A DNA stretch of 64,000 bases, from the IMG/VR virus record IMGVR_UViG_3300037510_000657, positions 15,013 to 79,012 of that record. The stretch is one strand, 5' to 3'. This document shows positions 9,482 through 18,904 of this stretch, one piece after another. Source of the stretch: a virus. A model generated the notes under the pieces. The model was not told the origin of the DNA and searched no databases. It saw only the letters and a program-made list of their open reading frames with translations. Both the position numbers and the translations under genes were made by a program. The first letter of the stretch is position 1. Every line of letters begins with the position of its first letter.

Positions 9482-9770
9482 GCTGGTGAAGATCGGCGAA
9501 GCTGCCGAAGCCAAGAAGGGTCCCATGGGGGCCATCCTTGCCGGCGGTGCTGGTACGGCCCTGGGATGGGGGGCGGCGGAGCTCATGGGGAGGAAGATGA
9601 AGTTCTTCTCCCAGGTTCCGACCTCTCCGGCCGTTCTCGACAAGAGGGTCCGAGCAGCGAAGTTTATCCTTCCCATACTGACCGGTGCTGCTGGCATTCT
9701 AGCGGACAGGTACAGACAGTCGATGAACGAGCACCACCGACAGGTGCCCGGCTACCAAGAGAAGAAGTGA
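9408..9770 (+). CDS. Small membrane-segment virion protein (start uncertain: 9408, 9426 or 9471)
   Basis: VLDELVKIG motif; two Gly/hydrophobic segments. Confidence 0.5.
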   Translation: MSTSPSMSKTYSPCTAISRAAVLDELVKIGEAAEAKKGPMGAILAGGAGTALGWGAAELMGRKMKFFSQVPTSPAVLDKRVRAAKFILPILTGAAGILADRYRQSMNEHHRQVPGYQEKK

Positions 9771-10537
9771 TGTCTACCGAGCAGGTAACCCCAGGACTGG
9801 TTGAAGCACAGGGCATCGGCGAAGAGCCGCTGTTCTACTTCACCCGCGTCTACCTGCTCTTTCTCCAGGGTCTCTTCGGAGACATGGAGCCCGGCTCGTA
9901 CAAGTGGTCGAGCGATGAGAAGCTCACCGAGATCTCCATCACCGACCAGGCCGCCATCCCGAAGGACCGGATCGGTCAGCGGCCGCACATCGTCACCATG
10001 CGCGGGCCGGCCCAGTACGCCCGGCTCTCGCTGGACCAGATGCTCTACGTGGACCCTCGCACGGGAGCCAAGACTCGCTCGGACCTTGTGGCCTGCACCA
10101 TGACGCTGAACTGCATCGCCAAGAACGGCGTGGAGGCTCAGCGCATTGCGTGGCAGGTCATGCGTGGCCTCCGCTCCTTCAAGGAGATGATCCAGCGCGA
10201 GGGCAAGATGCACATGATCGGGGAGGACGTCTCCATCGGTCCCGAGTCCCCTCCTGGCGCGATGGTCGCCGGCGAGGCCGATCCGGAGTGCGTCATGGTC
10301 ACCGTCCACTCCCCCTTCTTCTTCCAGTGGAAGGAGACGGTCACGCCCCTCGATGGTCAGCGTCTCTCGCACATCGAGCTGCACATCCGAGCTGGCCTTT
10401 CGAATCCTGCTGCCCTCACGACCGCTGCCGCGGTTCGCATGAGGGAAGTCATCGGGGCACCGACGATTCGGGGCCGCGTCATCAACTCGGCTCCGTCGTA
10501 CCCGAGTTCGCCAATCGACCAAAAGGTCGAGACCTAG
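9770..10537 (+). CDS. Putative tail completion/terminator protein
   Basis: TGATG coupling; directly upstream of sheath gene. Confidence 0.45.
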   Translation: MSTEQVTPGLVEAQGIGEEPLFYFTRVYLLFLQGLFGDMEPGSYKWSSDEKLTEISITDQAAIPKDRIGQRPHIVTMRGPAQYARLSLDQMLYVDPRTGAKTRSDLVACTMTLNCIAKNGVEAQRIAWQVMRGLRSFKEMIQREGKMHMIGEDVSIGPESPPGAMVAGEADPECVMVTVHSPFFFQWKETVTPLDGQRLSHIELHIRAGLSNPAALTTAAAVRMREVIGAPTIRGRVINSAPSYPSSPIDQKVET

Positions 10538-10549
10538 AAGGAGAAGCCC

Positions 10550-13500
10550 ATGGCTGCCGAACTTCCCCGCCCCGGCGTAGAGATCATCCAGTCGTTCACC
10601 TCCGCGTCCCCGACCATCGTCCGGCCGACTCTCGTGCCGTGCGTTGCGGGTGCCGCGAAGGAGATCGTGGAGGTCACCAAGGCCGATGGCACGCTGAACA
10701 GCGACGCGAAGCAGGGTTCGTACGACCAGCTTCCCCGCACCATCTCGCAGACCAGCTTCCCCTCGCCCCGAGACAACATCTCGGAGGTGGACGTGGAAGA
10801 GGCGACCATTCGCGCCTTCCTGCTCTTCGGCGGCAAGCTGAACGAGCTCGAGCGTGAGCCCGGCGAGTCCTTCCTGGTCGGCTTCAACAACGCGTGCCGG
10901 CCTGCCTTCCGCTCGGCCTACTTCGTCACGTCGACCGGTCTCGACCTCGACGGCACCGTCCTGGTCATCGCGATCGACACCCAGGTTCCGGCCAACACCA
11001 CGAAGGACATCACCGTCACCTTCGCCTCGGACGGCAGCAACCTGACCCCGGCCCAGATCTGCGACCAGATCAACGCCGCGGTGGGTGACGACGTCGCCTC
11101 CGAGGTCGTGCTCGGCTCCAACAGCCGCATCCAGATCGCGTCGAACAAGTTCGGTGCGGCCGCGTCGGTCACCATCCGTGCGGGTGGCTCGGCCAACACG
11201 CTGTTCGGCCTGACGGGAAGCGCCGAGTACCGGGTCACCGGTTCGGGCTTCCGCGCCCAGGAGCAGAACAACAACACCACGCTCTCGCCCTGGATCGAGT
11301 GGTCTCCCGGCACCTACCTGGTGGACGGCGCCACGACCGCCATCCCGACGTACGATGACGACATCCCGACCGCCGGCTTCTCGGTCGGCTTCCTCGACAG
11401 CACCGACGACACTGCCTTCTCGGCAGCCTTCGTGCAGTCCTCGCTCGTCTTCACCTCGTCGGGTCTCGACCTCAAGGTCGGCGACGAGTTCGTGGCGGAT
11501 GGCGTGCTGCCCAACACGACCGCCGTCATCATGAAGGTGGAGTCCAGCCGCTTCAAGCTGGGCATCCTGAACGCCACCCTCTCGGTCTTCGACGACAACG
11601 GCAAGGTCACCTCCGCCGTCTACGACCAGAGCTCGGTCAACACCCTCCTGGCCTCGTCCGCCTTCGCGCCCCGCTACGCCTGGTTCATGGCGAAGGGTCT
11701 CGAGGTGAACGACACGGCCACCGCTGCCGAGCTCACTGGCTCGGTCTCGGGTACGGCTGCCACCACGGCGACCATCGAGGCTCCCTCGGTCCTCGCTGGT
11801 TCGTCGCCCTACGCCCTGGCCGGCCTGACCCTCGACTTCGACGTCACCGTCGATGGCGTGGCCCAGGACACCCAGACCTTCACCTTCACCGGCGGCCCCT
11901 TCGCCGACCTGACGGCCGTCATCGCAGCCTTCAGCGGTGTCGATGGTGTGTTCGCTCACACGGACACGGGCGGCACCAAGATCGCCTTCTCCACCGACCT
12001 GACCGGCGCTCAGCAGTCGCTGACCATCCGTGACAGCTCGACCGCCCTGGCCGCTCTCGGCTTCTCGGCCTCGACCGAGTACTCGGATGACGGCACGGAC
12101 GTGGAGTTCGTGGACGTGGCGGCCATCCTTCTGGGCGGCACGCAGACGTTCCCCTTCACCGCGGTCAACGGCGAGACCTTCATCGTCCAGATCTCCACGG
12201 ACGGTGGTCTCACCTACCCGACCACGAAGACCTACACCTTTGCGACCGGCAACCTGTCGTTCGCGAACATCGCTGCCCTGGTGACCGAGCTCGGCACGGC
12301 CACTCGCTGGGCTGGCGGTGTGCTGCCCACCCAGTTCGCCATCACGGCGCAGGGCAACAAGCTGAAGATCACCTCCACGGATACGGGTAGCCTGGTGGCT
12401 CTCCGCATCGGTTCGTCGTCCACCGCCATCGGTGCGACCACGAACTCCGACCTGCTCTTCACCTCGCTGCAGGCGGACGTGGGCGAGGAGAACCTCAACG
12501 GCCAGACCCTCGAGTTCACCATGAACGACCGTGAGAAGACCTACTCGGTCGTCTTCACGAGCGATTCGCTGGTGGACGCCGTGGCCGCCATCAACGAGGT
12601 GGTCGGCACCACCGTGGCCTCCATCGGCGGCGATGCGGACGACCAGCTCGTCCTCACCTCGACGCTGAAGGGCTACGCCTCGGCGATCGACGTCTCGGCC
12701 GGCTCTACCTCGACCAAGGCCCGCAACGCCCTGGGCTTCGGCTCGGGCAACACGTCGGCCGATGGCTCGGGCCGTCCCAACCCCGACTTCTCGGTGGACG
12801 TCTCGGGCAACGTGGTCCTGGGCGCCGAGATCATCCGCTCGGCCCTGACCGGTGCTCCGTTCGACCCGGGCAACGCGGACATCTACATCCAGTACCGCGG
12901 CCTCCGCAAGGACGTGTCGCCGGTGGCCTCGAGCCCCGCGCTGCTCCGCATCAGCGACATCGCCACCCTGCAGACGGTGCTCAGCCCGCTGACTGCCGAC
13001 AACCCCCTGGGTCTCGGCATGTTCTTCGAGATGATCAACGCCCCTGCGGTGGAGTGCACCGGCATCGGCGTGGACGAGACCTCGTCGGCGAAGCCCTACG
13101 GCACCCTGGCCGCCTTCGCTCGCGTCACCAGCTTCCTCGAGTCGCAGGAAGTCTACGCTCTCGCGCCCCTCACGGACGACGTGACCGTGCACTCGCTCTT
13201 CGAGACGCACGCCACCACCATGTCCGGCTCCACCCAGAAGGGCGAGCGCATCGTCTTCGTCTGCCCGCCGGTTCCCACCCGGGCGGTCGATGACGTCGTG
13301 GGCTCGGGTCTCTCGGGCGGCACCACCGCCACGGAGAACCAGTTCCTCCTGGACGACAGCGTCACCGGCGGCCTGACTGACCGTGGCCTGAACCCGCTGG
13401 ATCTGGCTGTCGACGACAACGTCGTCCTGACCATCGAGGTCAGCGGCGAGGTGCGGCACTACAGCGTGTCCGCGGTCAACAACACCCTGGTCACCGTGCG

Positions 13501-14275
13501 CGACTCGTTCGACACGGGCGAGAACGAGGACGGCTACTTCAGCACCGCCACCCTCAGCGAGACCCTGGTCAACGAGGACTGGTCGCTGGCTGTCCGCGGC
13601 GACAAGCTGCTCATCCCCGGCTCGACCCTGCCCGACAAGGCCCTGATCGCCGAGACCGTCCAGGCCTCGAACCAGGCCCACGGTCAGCGCCGTCTCTACT
13701 CGTTCTTCCCGGACACAGTGAAGGCGACGGTCGGCGGCATCGAGCAGGAGCTCCCGGGCTTCTACGCCTGCGCGGCGACGGCCGGCATGGTGGCGAAGTT
13801 CCCGCCTCAGCAGGGCTTCACCAACCTGCCCATCACCGGCTTCACCGGTGTGGTCGGCGCTCGCGACAAGTACTCGGAGCAGCAGCTCGACGTCATGGCC
13901 GCTGGTGGTACCTACATCATCGTCCAGGACGCCGTGGGCGCTCCCCTGGTGTGCCGTCACCAGCTGTCGACCAACCTCACCTCGATCGAGACCCGCGAGC
14001 TCTCGATCACCAAGGTGGTCGACTTCGTGGCGAAGTTCATGCGCGTCGGTCTGCGCAACTTCATCGGCACGTTCAACATCACCCAGCCCTTCCTGGACAC
14101 GCTCTCCACGGTGATCCAGGGCATGCTCGGCTTCCTCACCGAGGCCGGTGTCATCAACGGTGGTGACCTCAACAACCTCATCCAGTCCGAGGACCAGCCG
14201 GACACCGTGCTGGTGGACGTCACCCTCGACGTTCCGTTCCCCTGCAACTACATCCGCCTGACCCTGGCCATCTAA
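10550..14275 (+). CDS. Contractile tail sheath protein
   Basis: N-terminal PRPGVEIIQS; C-terminal ELSITKVVDFVAKFMR...DTVLVDVTLDVPFPCNYIRLTL typical of sheath termini. Confidence 0.8.
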   Translation: MAAELPRPGVEIIQSFTSASPTIVRPTLVPCVAGAAKEIVEVTKADGTLNSDAKQGSYDQLPRTISQTSFPSPRDNISEVDVEEATIRAFLLFGGKLNELEREPGESFLVGFNNACRPAFRSAYFVTSTGLDLDGTVLVIAIDTQVPANTTKDITVTFASDGSNLTPAQICDQINAAVGDDVASEVVLGSNSRIQIASNKFGAAASVTIRAGGSANTLFGLTGSAEYRVTGSGFRAQEQNNNTTLSPWIEWSPGTYLVDGATTAIPTYDDDIPTAGFSVGFLDSTDDTAFSAAFVQSSLVFTSSGLDLKVGDEFVADGVLPNTTAVIMKVESSRFKLGILNATLSVFDDNGKVTSAVYDQSSVNTLLASSAFAPRYAWFMAKGLEVNDTATAAELTGSVSGTAATTATIEAPSVLAGSSPYALAGLTLDFDVTVDGVAQDTQTFTFTGGPFADLTAVIAAFSGVDGVFAHTDTGGTKIAFSTDLTGAQQSLTIRDSSTALAALGFSASTEYSDDGTDVEFVDVAAILLGGTQTFPFTAVNGETFIVQISTDGGLTYPTTKTYTFATGNLSFANIAALVTELGTATRWAGGVLPTQFAITAQGNKLKITSTDTGSLVALRIGSSSTAIGATTNSDLLFTSLQADVGEENLNGQTLEFTMNDREKTYSVVFTSDSLVDAVAAINEVVGTTVASIGGDADDQLVLTSTLKGYASAIDVSAGSTSTKARNALGFGSGNTSADGSGRPNPDFSVDVSGNVVLGAEIIRSALTGAPFDPGNADIYIQYRGLRKDVSPVASSPALLRISDIATLQTVLSPLTADNPLGLGMFFEMINAPAVECTGIGVDETSSAKPYGTLAAFARVTSFLESQEVYALAPLTDDVTVHSLFETHATTMSGSTQKGERIVFVCPPVPTRAVDDVVGSGLSGGTTATENQFLLDDSVTGGLTDRGLNPLDLAVDDNVVLTIEVSGEVRHYSVSAVNNTLVTVRDSFDTGENEDGYFSTATLSETLVNEDWSLAVRGDKLLIPGSTLPDKALIAETVQASNQAHGQRRLYSFFPDTVKATVGGIEQELPGFYACAATAGMVAKFPPQQGFTNLPITGFTGVVGARDKYSEQQLDVMAAGGTYIIVQDAVGAPLVCRHQLSTNLTSIETRELSITKVVDFVAKFMRVGLRNFIGTFNITQPFLDTLSTVIQGMLGFLTEAGVINGGDLNNLIQSEDQPDTVLVDVTLDVPFPCNYIRLTLAI

Positions 14276-14287
14276 GGAGACACGACA

Positions 14288-15106
14288 ATGCCCGTCACCC
14301 TTTCCTCGAGCATCCTGAGCACTCTCCGTTCGCTGGCCGCACGCGGTGACCAGACGGCGGTGGCACTCGTCGCCATCATGAACGGAACGAACACCGCGGC
14401 TCTCACGGCTGCTACCGAGGCTTCCGAGATCATCCGCATCAGCGGTCAGGTCAAGGACGCCGATGGCCAGGCCGTGGCCGCAGTGAAGAACGTGCGCGTC
14501 AAGGCCAAGCTGGCTCTCGGCACGCCCAAGACCGAAGTGGTCGTCGCGACCGCCGCGGCCCTGCCCGCCTGCACCGCCGCGGGTACCGGCGTGGGCCACA
14601 CCCTGACCGCCGACGCGGTCGGTGTCCTCACGATCGACGGCGTCGCCGTTGCCTCGGGCGACCGCATCCTGGTGAAGAACCAGGTGGCGGGAGACGACAA
14701 CGGTATCTACACCCTGACCACCGTCGGCACCGGCGGCGTGGCCTTCGTGCTGACCCGCGCCACCGACTTCGACGCTCTGGGCGAGATGCCCTACGGCTCG
14801 AACGTCTTCGTGCGCACTGGCAAGGCGAACGCCGGCAAGACCTTCGTGCTGACCTCGACGGTCGTCACGGTGGACACCACCGCCCTGACCTTCACCGACC
14901 TCGACACCCTGGTCACCCTCGGCCTCGGCGCCGCGGGCGCCACGGTCAAGTCCGGCACCGGAAGCCGCGACCTCTGGCTGCAGACGGCGTCCACTGGCGC
15001 CTTCTCGGTCGATGTCACCTCGGTGTCCGCCTGGACCGGTGACGTCCTCCTCGAGGTGGATGTCGACAACGGCGAGACCGAGCTCCTGGTCGTCACCTTC
15101 GCGTAA
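14288..15106 (+). CDS. Virion structural protein (fibre/appendage-like domain)
   Basis: GDRILVKNQ...DNGIY...LTRATDFD segment seen in phage fibre-type proteins. Confidence 0.5.
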   Translation: MPVTLSSSILSTLRSLAARGDQTAVALVAIMNGTNTAALTAATEASEIIRISGQVKDADGQAVAAVKNVRVKAKLALGTPKTEVVVATAAALPACTAAGTGVGHTLTADAVGVLTIDGVAVASGDRILVKNQVAGDDNGIYTLTTVGTGGVAFVLTRATDFDALGEMPYGSNVFVRTGKANAGKTFVLTSTVVTVDTTALTFTDLDTLVTLGLGAAGATVKSGTGSRDLWLQTASTGAFSVDVTSVSAWTGDVLLEVDVDNGETELLVVTFA

Positions 15107-15164
15107 GCGAAGATGTGAGACAATCAGGTAGAATCGGAAGACGCCCGGAAGAAGGAGCCCCGAG

Positions 15165-15890
15165 ATGGCAAAGCTGAGTGAGTGGAAGCCCTACGAGCGG
15201 TACGTTCAGGGAGGCCTGGTCGATGGCCAGTACCTGTCGGCCGCCTTCACCATGGTCGCTGCTGGTCCGCCTCGTCTGGCGAACATCGGCGGCGCCGGCG
15301 CTGCGGCTGGTGCTCTCTCGACTGCTGATGGCAGCTCCCAGAAGGACTGGGCTCTTCCGATCGGCGTCGTCCAGAACATCGGTCTCTCGCACAACCGCAA
15401 CTTCGCCCGGTTCTGGGAACTGGGCTCGGAGAGGTCGTACTTCATCTCCGGTCGCACGGTGGGCCAGCTGCAGCTGAGCCGGATCATGTACCACGGTCCG
15501 TCTCTGCTCCGCATGCTGTACGCCTACTACCAGGACCTCATCCCGCCGACGGTCGTTCCCTTCGTCTACCCGAACCCCGGGGCGGCGACGGTGGCGAACC
15601 CGCACGACGTGAAGATCCCGCCCGGCTACGAGAACATCTTCCTCAACCTGGCCTCGGACCTCTTCAGCCAGCCCATCGGCCTGCTGATGTACTTCCGCGA
15701 CTCGAACGAGGACACGGTCGGCGCCATCTACATGGAGGGCTGCTACGTGCCCTCGCACCAGATCGCCACCGACGCCGGCGGCACGGTCATCCAGGAGTCG
15801 GCGGCCATCCAGTTCGAGCGGGCCGTCCCCGTGGCTGTGAAGGGCCTGGCTCTCATCACCGGTCAGTTCAACCCGCAGACCGGCTTCTAA
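15165..15890 (+). CDS. Tail tube protein
   Basis: 241 aa beta-rich; IGVVQNIGLS...ELGSERSYFISGRTVGQLQLSR; downstream of sheath. Confidence 0.6.
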   Translation: MAKLSEWKPYERYVQGGLVDGQYLSAAFTMVAAGPPRLANIGGAGAAAGALSTADGSSQKDWALPIGVVQNIGLSHNRNFARFWELGSERSYFISGRTVGQLQLSRIMYHGPSLLRMLYAYYQDLIPPTVVPFVYPNPGAATVANPHDVKIPPGYENIFLNLASDLFSQPIGLLMYFRDSNEDTVGAIYMEGCYVPSHQIATDAGGTVIQESAAIQFERAVPVAVKGLALITGQFNPQTGF

Positions 15891-15902
15891 GGGAGGCGCT
15901 AC

Positions 15903-17087
15903 ATGGATCGCGAACTGGCTACCGCGGTTCTTCAGCGTTGGGAGGAGGGGCTCCCCGTCACTGAAGGCAACCTGTACAAGGCAGCGTCTGTCCTGGGCAT
16001 CGACCCGGGCCAGGCCCTGCTCGAGGCTCGCTACTACACGCAGCTCGACAAGTACCTCGAGAAGCGTGGCAGCATGACTCCTGCCCAGCGCCAGCTCTTC
16101 TCGGCTGCTGCCGGCATGGACTCCCGCGTCATGGTCAAGACCGCTTCGTGGTCTGGCTTCTCTCCCGAAGAGCTCATCATCGAGGCCCTGCGCGAGAACG
16201 ACTTCGCACCCGACCTCGAGAAGCTGGCAAACCTGTCCGCGGCCGGTGGTGATCCCACGGTGGCGGCCGGTCCCGGTGCGGCTGGTCAGGGTGGCCCGGT
16301 GGACCCGGCGGCGATGGGCGGCCAGGACCCACAGAAGCCCCAGCCCGGTGCTGCAGTGCAGCAGAACCCGGCAGCTCGCTTCAAGCCCTCGCCCACGGCT
16401 CCCGACCAGGCTGCTCCCAGCCCGGCCGGCAACCTGGACGCTCTCCTGGCCGAGACCCAGGGCGTCTACGGGCAGCAGGCTCAGGACAACGGCGGCCTGC
16501 CCCCTTCGGGCCAGCCCCAGCCTCCTCCGCCCCCGCCCGACCCCACGGAGCGTGTGCGCCAGGTGGCCCCGGCCCTGGACGACGAGACGGCCGGTCGCTA
16601 CGCCGACGCCCTTACTCGGCTCGAGGAACAGGTCGGCATGCCTGTCCAAGACCCGAAGCAGATGGTCAAGTTCGTCAAGGAGATGCAGAAGGTCGACGGC
16701 AAGAGGATCGACCAGGGCATCAAGGCGGTCGGAGAGCAGCTCGAGCAGGAGCAGGCGGCCGAGCTGGGTGTGGGCAACCAGACCTTCGCTCCCGGCCTGG
16801 GCCCCGAGGCCATGAACGGCGGAGCCGCCGGTGGTCCTCCGGGTGCTGGTGGTCCTGGCGGCGGCGCCAAGCCTCCCCAGGCAGGTCCACAGGGCCCCGC
16901 GGCCCAGGAACAGCCCAACGAGGAAGGCCCGCCTCCCGGCGGTCCCCAGAGCGCTGCAGGCCAAGCCCAGGGAATGCCCCCGAAGCAGAAGCAGCAGCCC
17001 AAGCCGGCTCCCCAGCAGACCCCGCAGGCAGCCGCAGAGAAGGTGGCCCATGCCGCACGCCACATGGCCCGGTGCCGTAACCAGTGA
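15903..17087 (+). CDS. Hypothetical virion protein with P/Q/G-rich regions
   Basis: SD GGAGG; VKTAS, EKLAN and EKVAH motifs. Confidence 0.6.
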   Translation: MDRELATAVLQRWEEGLPVTEGNLYKAASVLGIDPGQALLEARYYTQLDKYLEKRGSMTPAQRQLFSAAAGMDSRVMVKTASWSGFSPEELIIEALRENDFAPDLEKLANLSAAGGDPTVAAGPGAAGQGGPVDPAAMGGQDPQKPQPGAAVQQNPAARFKPSPTAPDQAAPSPAGNLDALLAETQGVYGQQAQDNGGLPPSGQPQPPPPPPDPTERVRQVAPALDDETAGRYADALTRLEEQVGMPVQDPKQMVKFVKEMQKVDGKRIDQGIKAVGEQLEQEQAAELGVGNQTFAPGLGPEAMNGGAAGGPPGAGGPGGGAKPPQAGPQGPAAQEQPNEEGPPPGGPQSAAGQAQGMPPKQKQQPKPAPQQTPQAAAEKVAHAARHMARCRNQ

Positions 17088-17314
17088 GTCCATCTCGGCT
17101 CGTCGATCCCTCCTCCCCGACGAACCGAGTGACGACACGGACTCCCGCCAGGTCCAGCCACTTGGCGGGGGTCCACTTTTTCCTGATGGCTCGAGTCCCG
17201 GGGACCCAGTCGTCGGCGAGCATGCTGTCTCTCTTGCGATGCAAGACCTTCTCACCACCGTCTCCACCGTGAGACAAAGGTTGAGAGACAAGACGAGACG
17301 ACTGAGAGAACCCC

Positions 17315-17908
17315 ATGCCACCCGAGAAGAGAGCATCGACAGTTCCGCCGACGACTCCCGTCTCCAACCAGACGCTTCTCGAGCTGATCTTCGCCATCAA
17401 GGGGATCGCTCAGTCGCTGGACTTCGTGCACGGGGACTTGGAGAGGCGCCTCGCGGACGCGGATCGCGATAGGGAACGAGACCACGACCGTCTCTCCGAG
17501 AGACTGACCAAGGTCGAGCAGGCTGTGGCCGCCATCCCGGTGACCACGGCCGATCGCGTTTCCGACGTCCTCAGCGACAGCCTCCGGGCAGTGGTCGACG
17601 AGGCACGCAGGTCCATGGACGACGTCCGCATGAAGATGTGGCTCGCCTGTGGACAACCGCGTGGGCCCGAGGCCAGTGGGAGCGGCATGACCGTCAAGGA
17701 CGGCGTCCCTGTCCCCCTGGACGAGCCAGATGTCACGGGGCGGATCACGCTCCACGATGACGGCGTTCGGCTCGAGGGCAACATCGACTTCGACAAGGTC
17801 AAGAAGGTCTGGGGCGTAGCGAAGTACATCATCGCCGGCGCCGCTGCGTCCACCGGTGTGGCCGGCCTCATCAAGGCCATCATCGCTCTCGTCACCGGCC
17901 AGCCCTAA
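17315..17908 (+). CDS. Coiled-coil protein with C-terminal TM helix (holin-like topology, unproven)
   Basis: C-terminal YIIAGAAASTGVAGLIKAIIALV. Confidence 0.5.
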   Translation: MPPEKRASTVPPTTPVSNQTLLELIFAIKGIAQSLDFVHGDLERRLADADRDRERDHDRLSERLTKVEQAVAAIPVTTADRVSDVLSDSLRAVVDEARRSMDDVRMKMWLACGQPRGPEASGSGMTVKDGVPVPLDEPDVTGRITLHDDGVRLEGNIDFDKVKKVWGVAKYIIAGAAASTGVAGLIKAIIALVTGQP

Positions 17909-17911
17909 GAG

Positions 17912-17940
17912 CTAAGAGAAGGGCCGCAGGCGCCCTTCTC
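17912..17940 (-). terminator. Conserved hairpin family copy
   Basis: CTAAGAGAAGGGCCGCAGGCGCCCTTCTC between convergent genes. Confidence 0.65.
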
Positions 17941-17942
17941 CC

Positions 17943-18605
17943 TCACCGTAGCGAGTGTCTTCGGATCTCGAGCCGGAGCTCTAGTTGCTCTCCGGCTTCA
18001 CCTCGAACGCGGCGCTCGTCTTCCCGTTGCTGCACTCGAACCTCGTGAAGCCCACCCGCGGCACTCCCTGCCAGGCCTTCCCCGGCAAGGTCTCCGGGAT
18101 GTCCACCCCGCACAGGTCGCTGCCCTCCATCACCAGCGTCTTCCCGTCCGGTCCCGCCACGCGGAACTTCGCCTCGAAGCCCACGTAGTCGCTCAGTGTC
18201 TGCAGGCTCTGCGCCTCGATCTTCCGGTCGTCCAGCGTTGGCTGGTAGACCGGATCCTTCCGCTCGAGCTCCTGACGAACCCGCACCGTCGCCGCCACAG
18301 TCATGAGCAGGATCATCACCAGTACGACCTTCAGCATCGATGCCTCCTTCCGGAACTGCGGCGTACCAGTAGGGCGACGCCTGGATGCGGGCATAGCTGC
18401 CCATGGTTGCGGTCTTCTTCGTCTTCCACCAGCAGAACGTCTTCCCGTTCCAGAAGATGTAGTCGTCGAGCTTGGGGTGGCCGGCGAGCACCGACCCAGG
18501 CTCCGACTCCTTCAGCTCTCGGAACAGGTCGCCTCCGTCGTGGGTCACCACGTCGTTTCCTCCCGCATCGGTGACGACCATCCGAGGCGGGGCCTTGTAG
18601 CTCAC
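17943..18605 (-). CDS. Hypothetical protein whose frame runs through the next gene
   Basis: GTGA coupling to the upstream gene; first ~90 aa protein-like. Confidence 0.4.
   Translation of the reverse strand: MSYKAPPRMVVTDAGGNDVVTHDGGDLFRELKESEPGSVLAGHPKLDDYIFWNGKTFCWWKTKKTATMGSYARIQASPYWYAAVPEGGIDAEGRTGDDPAHDCGGDGAGSSGARAEGSGLPANAGRPEDRGAEPADTERLRGLRGEVPRGGTGREDAGDGGQRPVRGGHPGDLAGEGLAGSAAGGLHEVRVQQREDERRVRGEAGEQLELRLEIRRHSLR
17981..18337 (-). CDS. Secreted/membrane-anchored hypothetical protein
   Basis: SD GGAGG; N-terminal hydrophobic MLKVVLVMILLM. Confidence 0.55.
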   Translation of the reverse strand: MLKVVLVMILLMTVAATVRVRQELERKDPVYQPTLDDRKIEAQSLQTLSDYVGFEAKFRVAGPDGKTLVMEGSDLCGVDIPETLPGKAWQGVPRVGFTRFECSNGKTSAAFEVKPESN

Positions 18606-18904
18606 TCGGTCTCCTCGACGTCGAAGTTGTAGATGTGGTCGTCGGGGTAGCTGCCGGAGTCGTAGCGACGCACCACGGTGGTCATGTCCACGAATCGGAG
18701 CTGGGCCGAGTAGCGGGGTGTCTTGACGGTGTCGTCTTCGGGGTCCCTGTGCTCGCGCAGCCAGTCGACGATCTTCTCCTTGGCCAGCTCGACGGCCTTG
18801 TCGAAGCTCGGAAACTCCAGCGTCACTTGAAGATCAGCCAGGTGCTTCGGTCTTCTCTGCAAGGGGTCCAGGGGACTCCGTTCGGTGAGGTTGACTCTGG
18901 GCAT
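18602..18904 (-). CDS. Hypothetical protein
   Basis: 100 aa ORF with typical codon usage. Confidence 0.55.
   Translation of the reverse strand: MPRVNLTERSPLDPLQRRPKHLADLQVTLEFPSFDKAVELAKEKIVDWLREHRDPEDDTVKTPRYSAQLRFVDMTTVVRRYDSGSYPDDHIYNFDVEETE

Noticed and set aside
9170-9770. Lower-GC codon usage as a sign of horizontal insertion
   Set aside because: There are no boundary repeats or mobile genes, and the reading frames are continuous. Weak selection on overlapping genes is enough to explain it.
3323-14599. Very long minus-strand ORFs (3323..4621, 5302..7110, 6986..9409, 9752..14599)
   Set aside because: These are antisense shadows of GC-rich, codon-biased plus-strand genes. They have no SD, and their composition is typical of reverse-complement frames.
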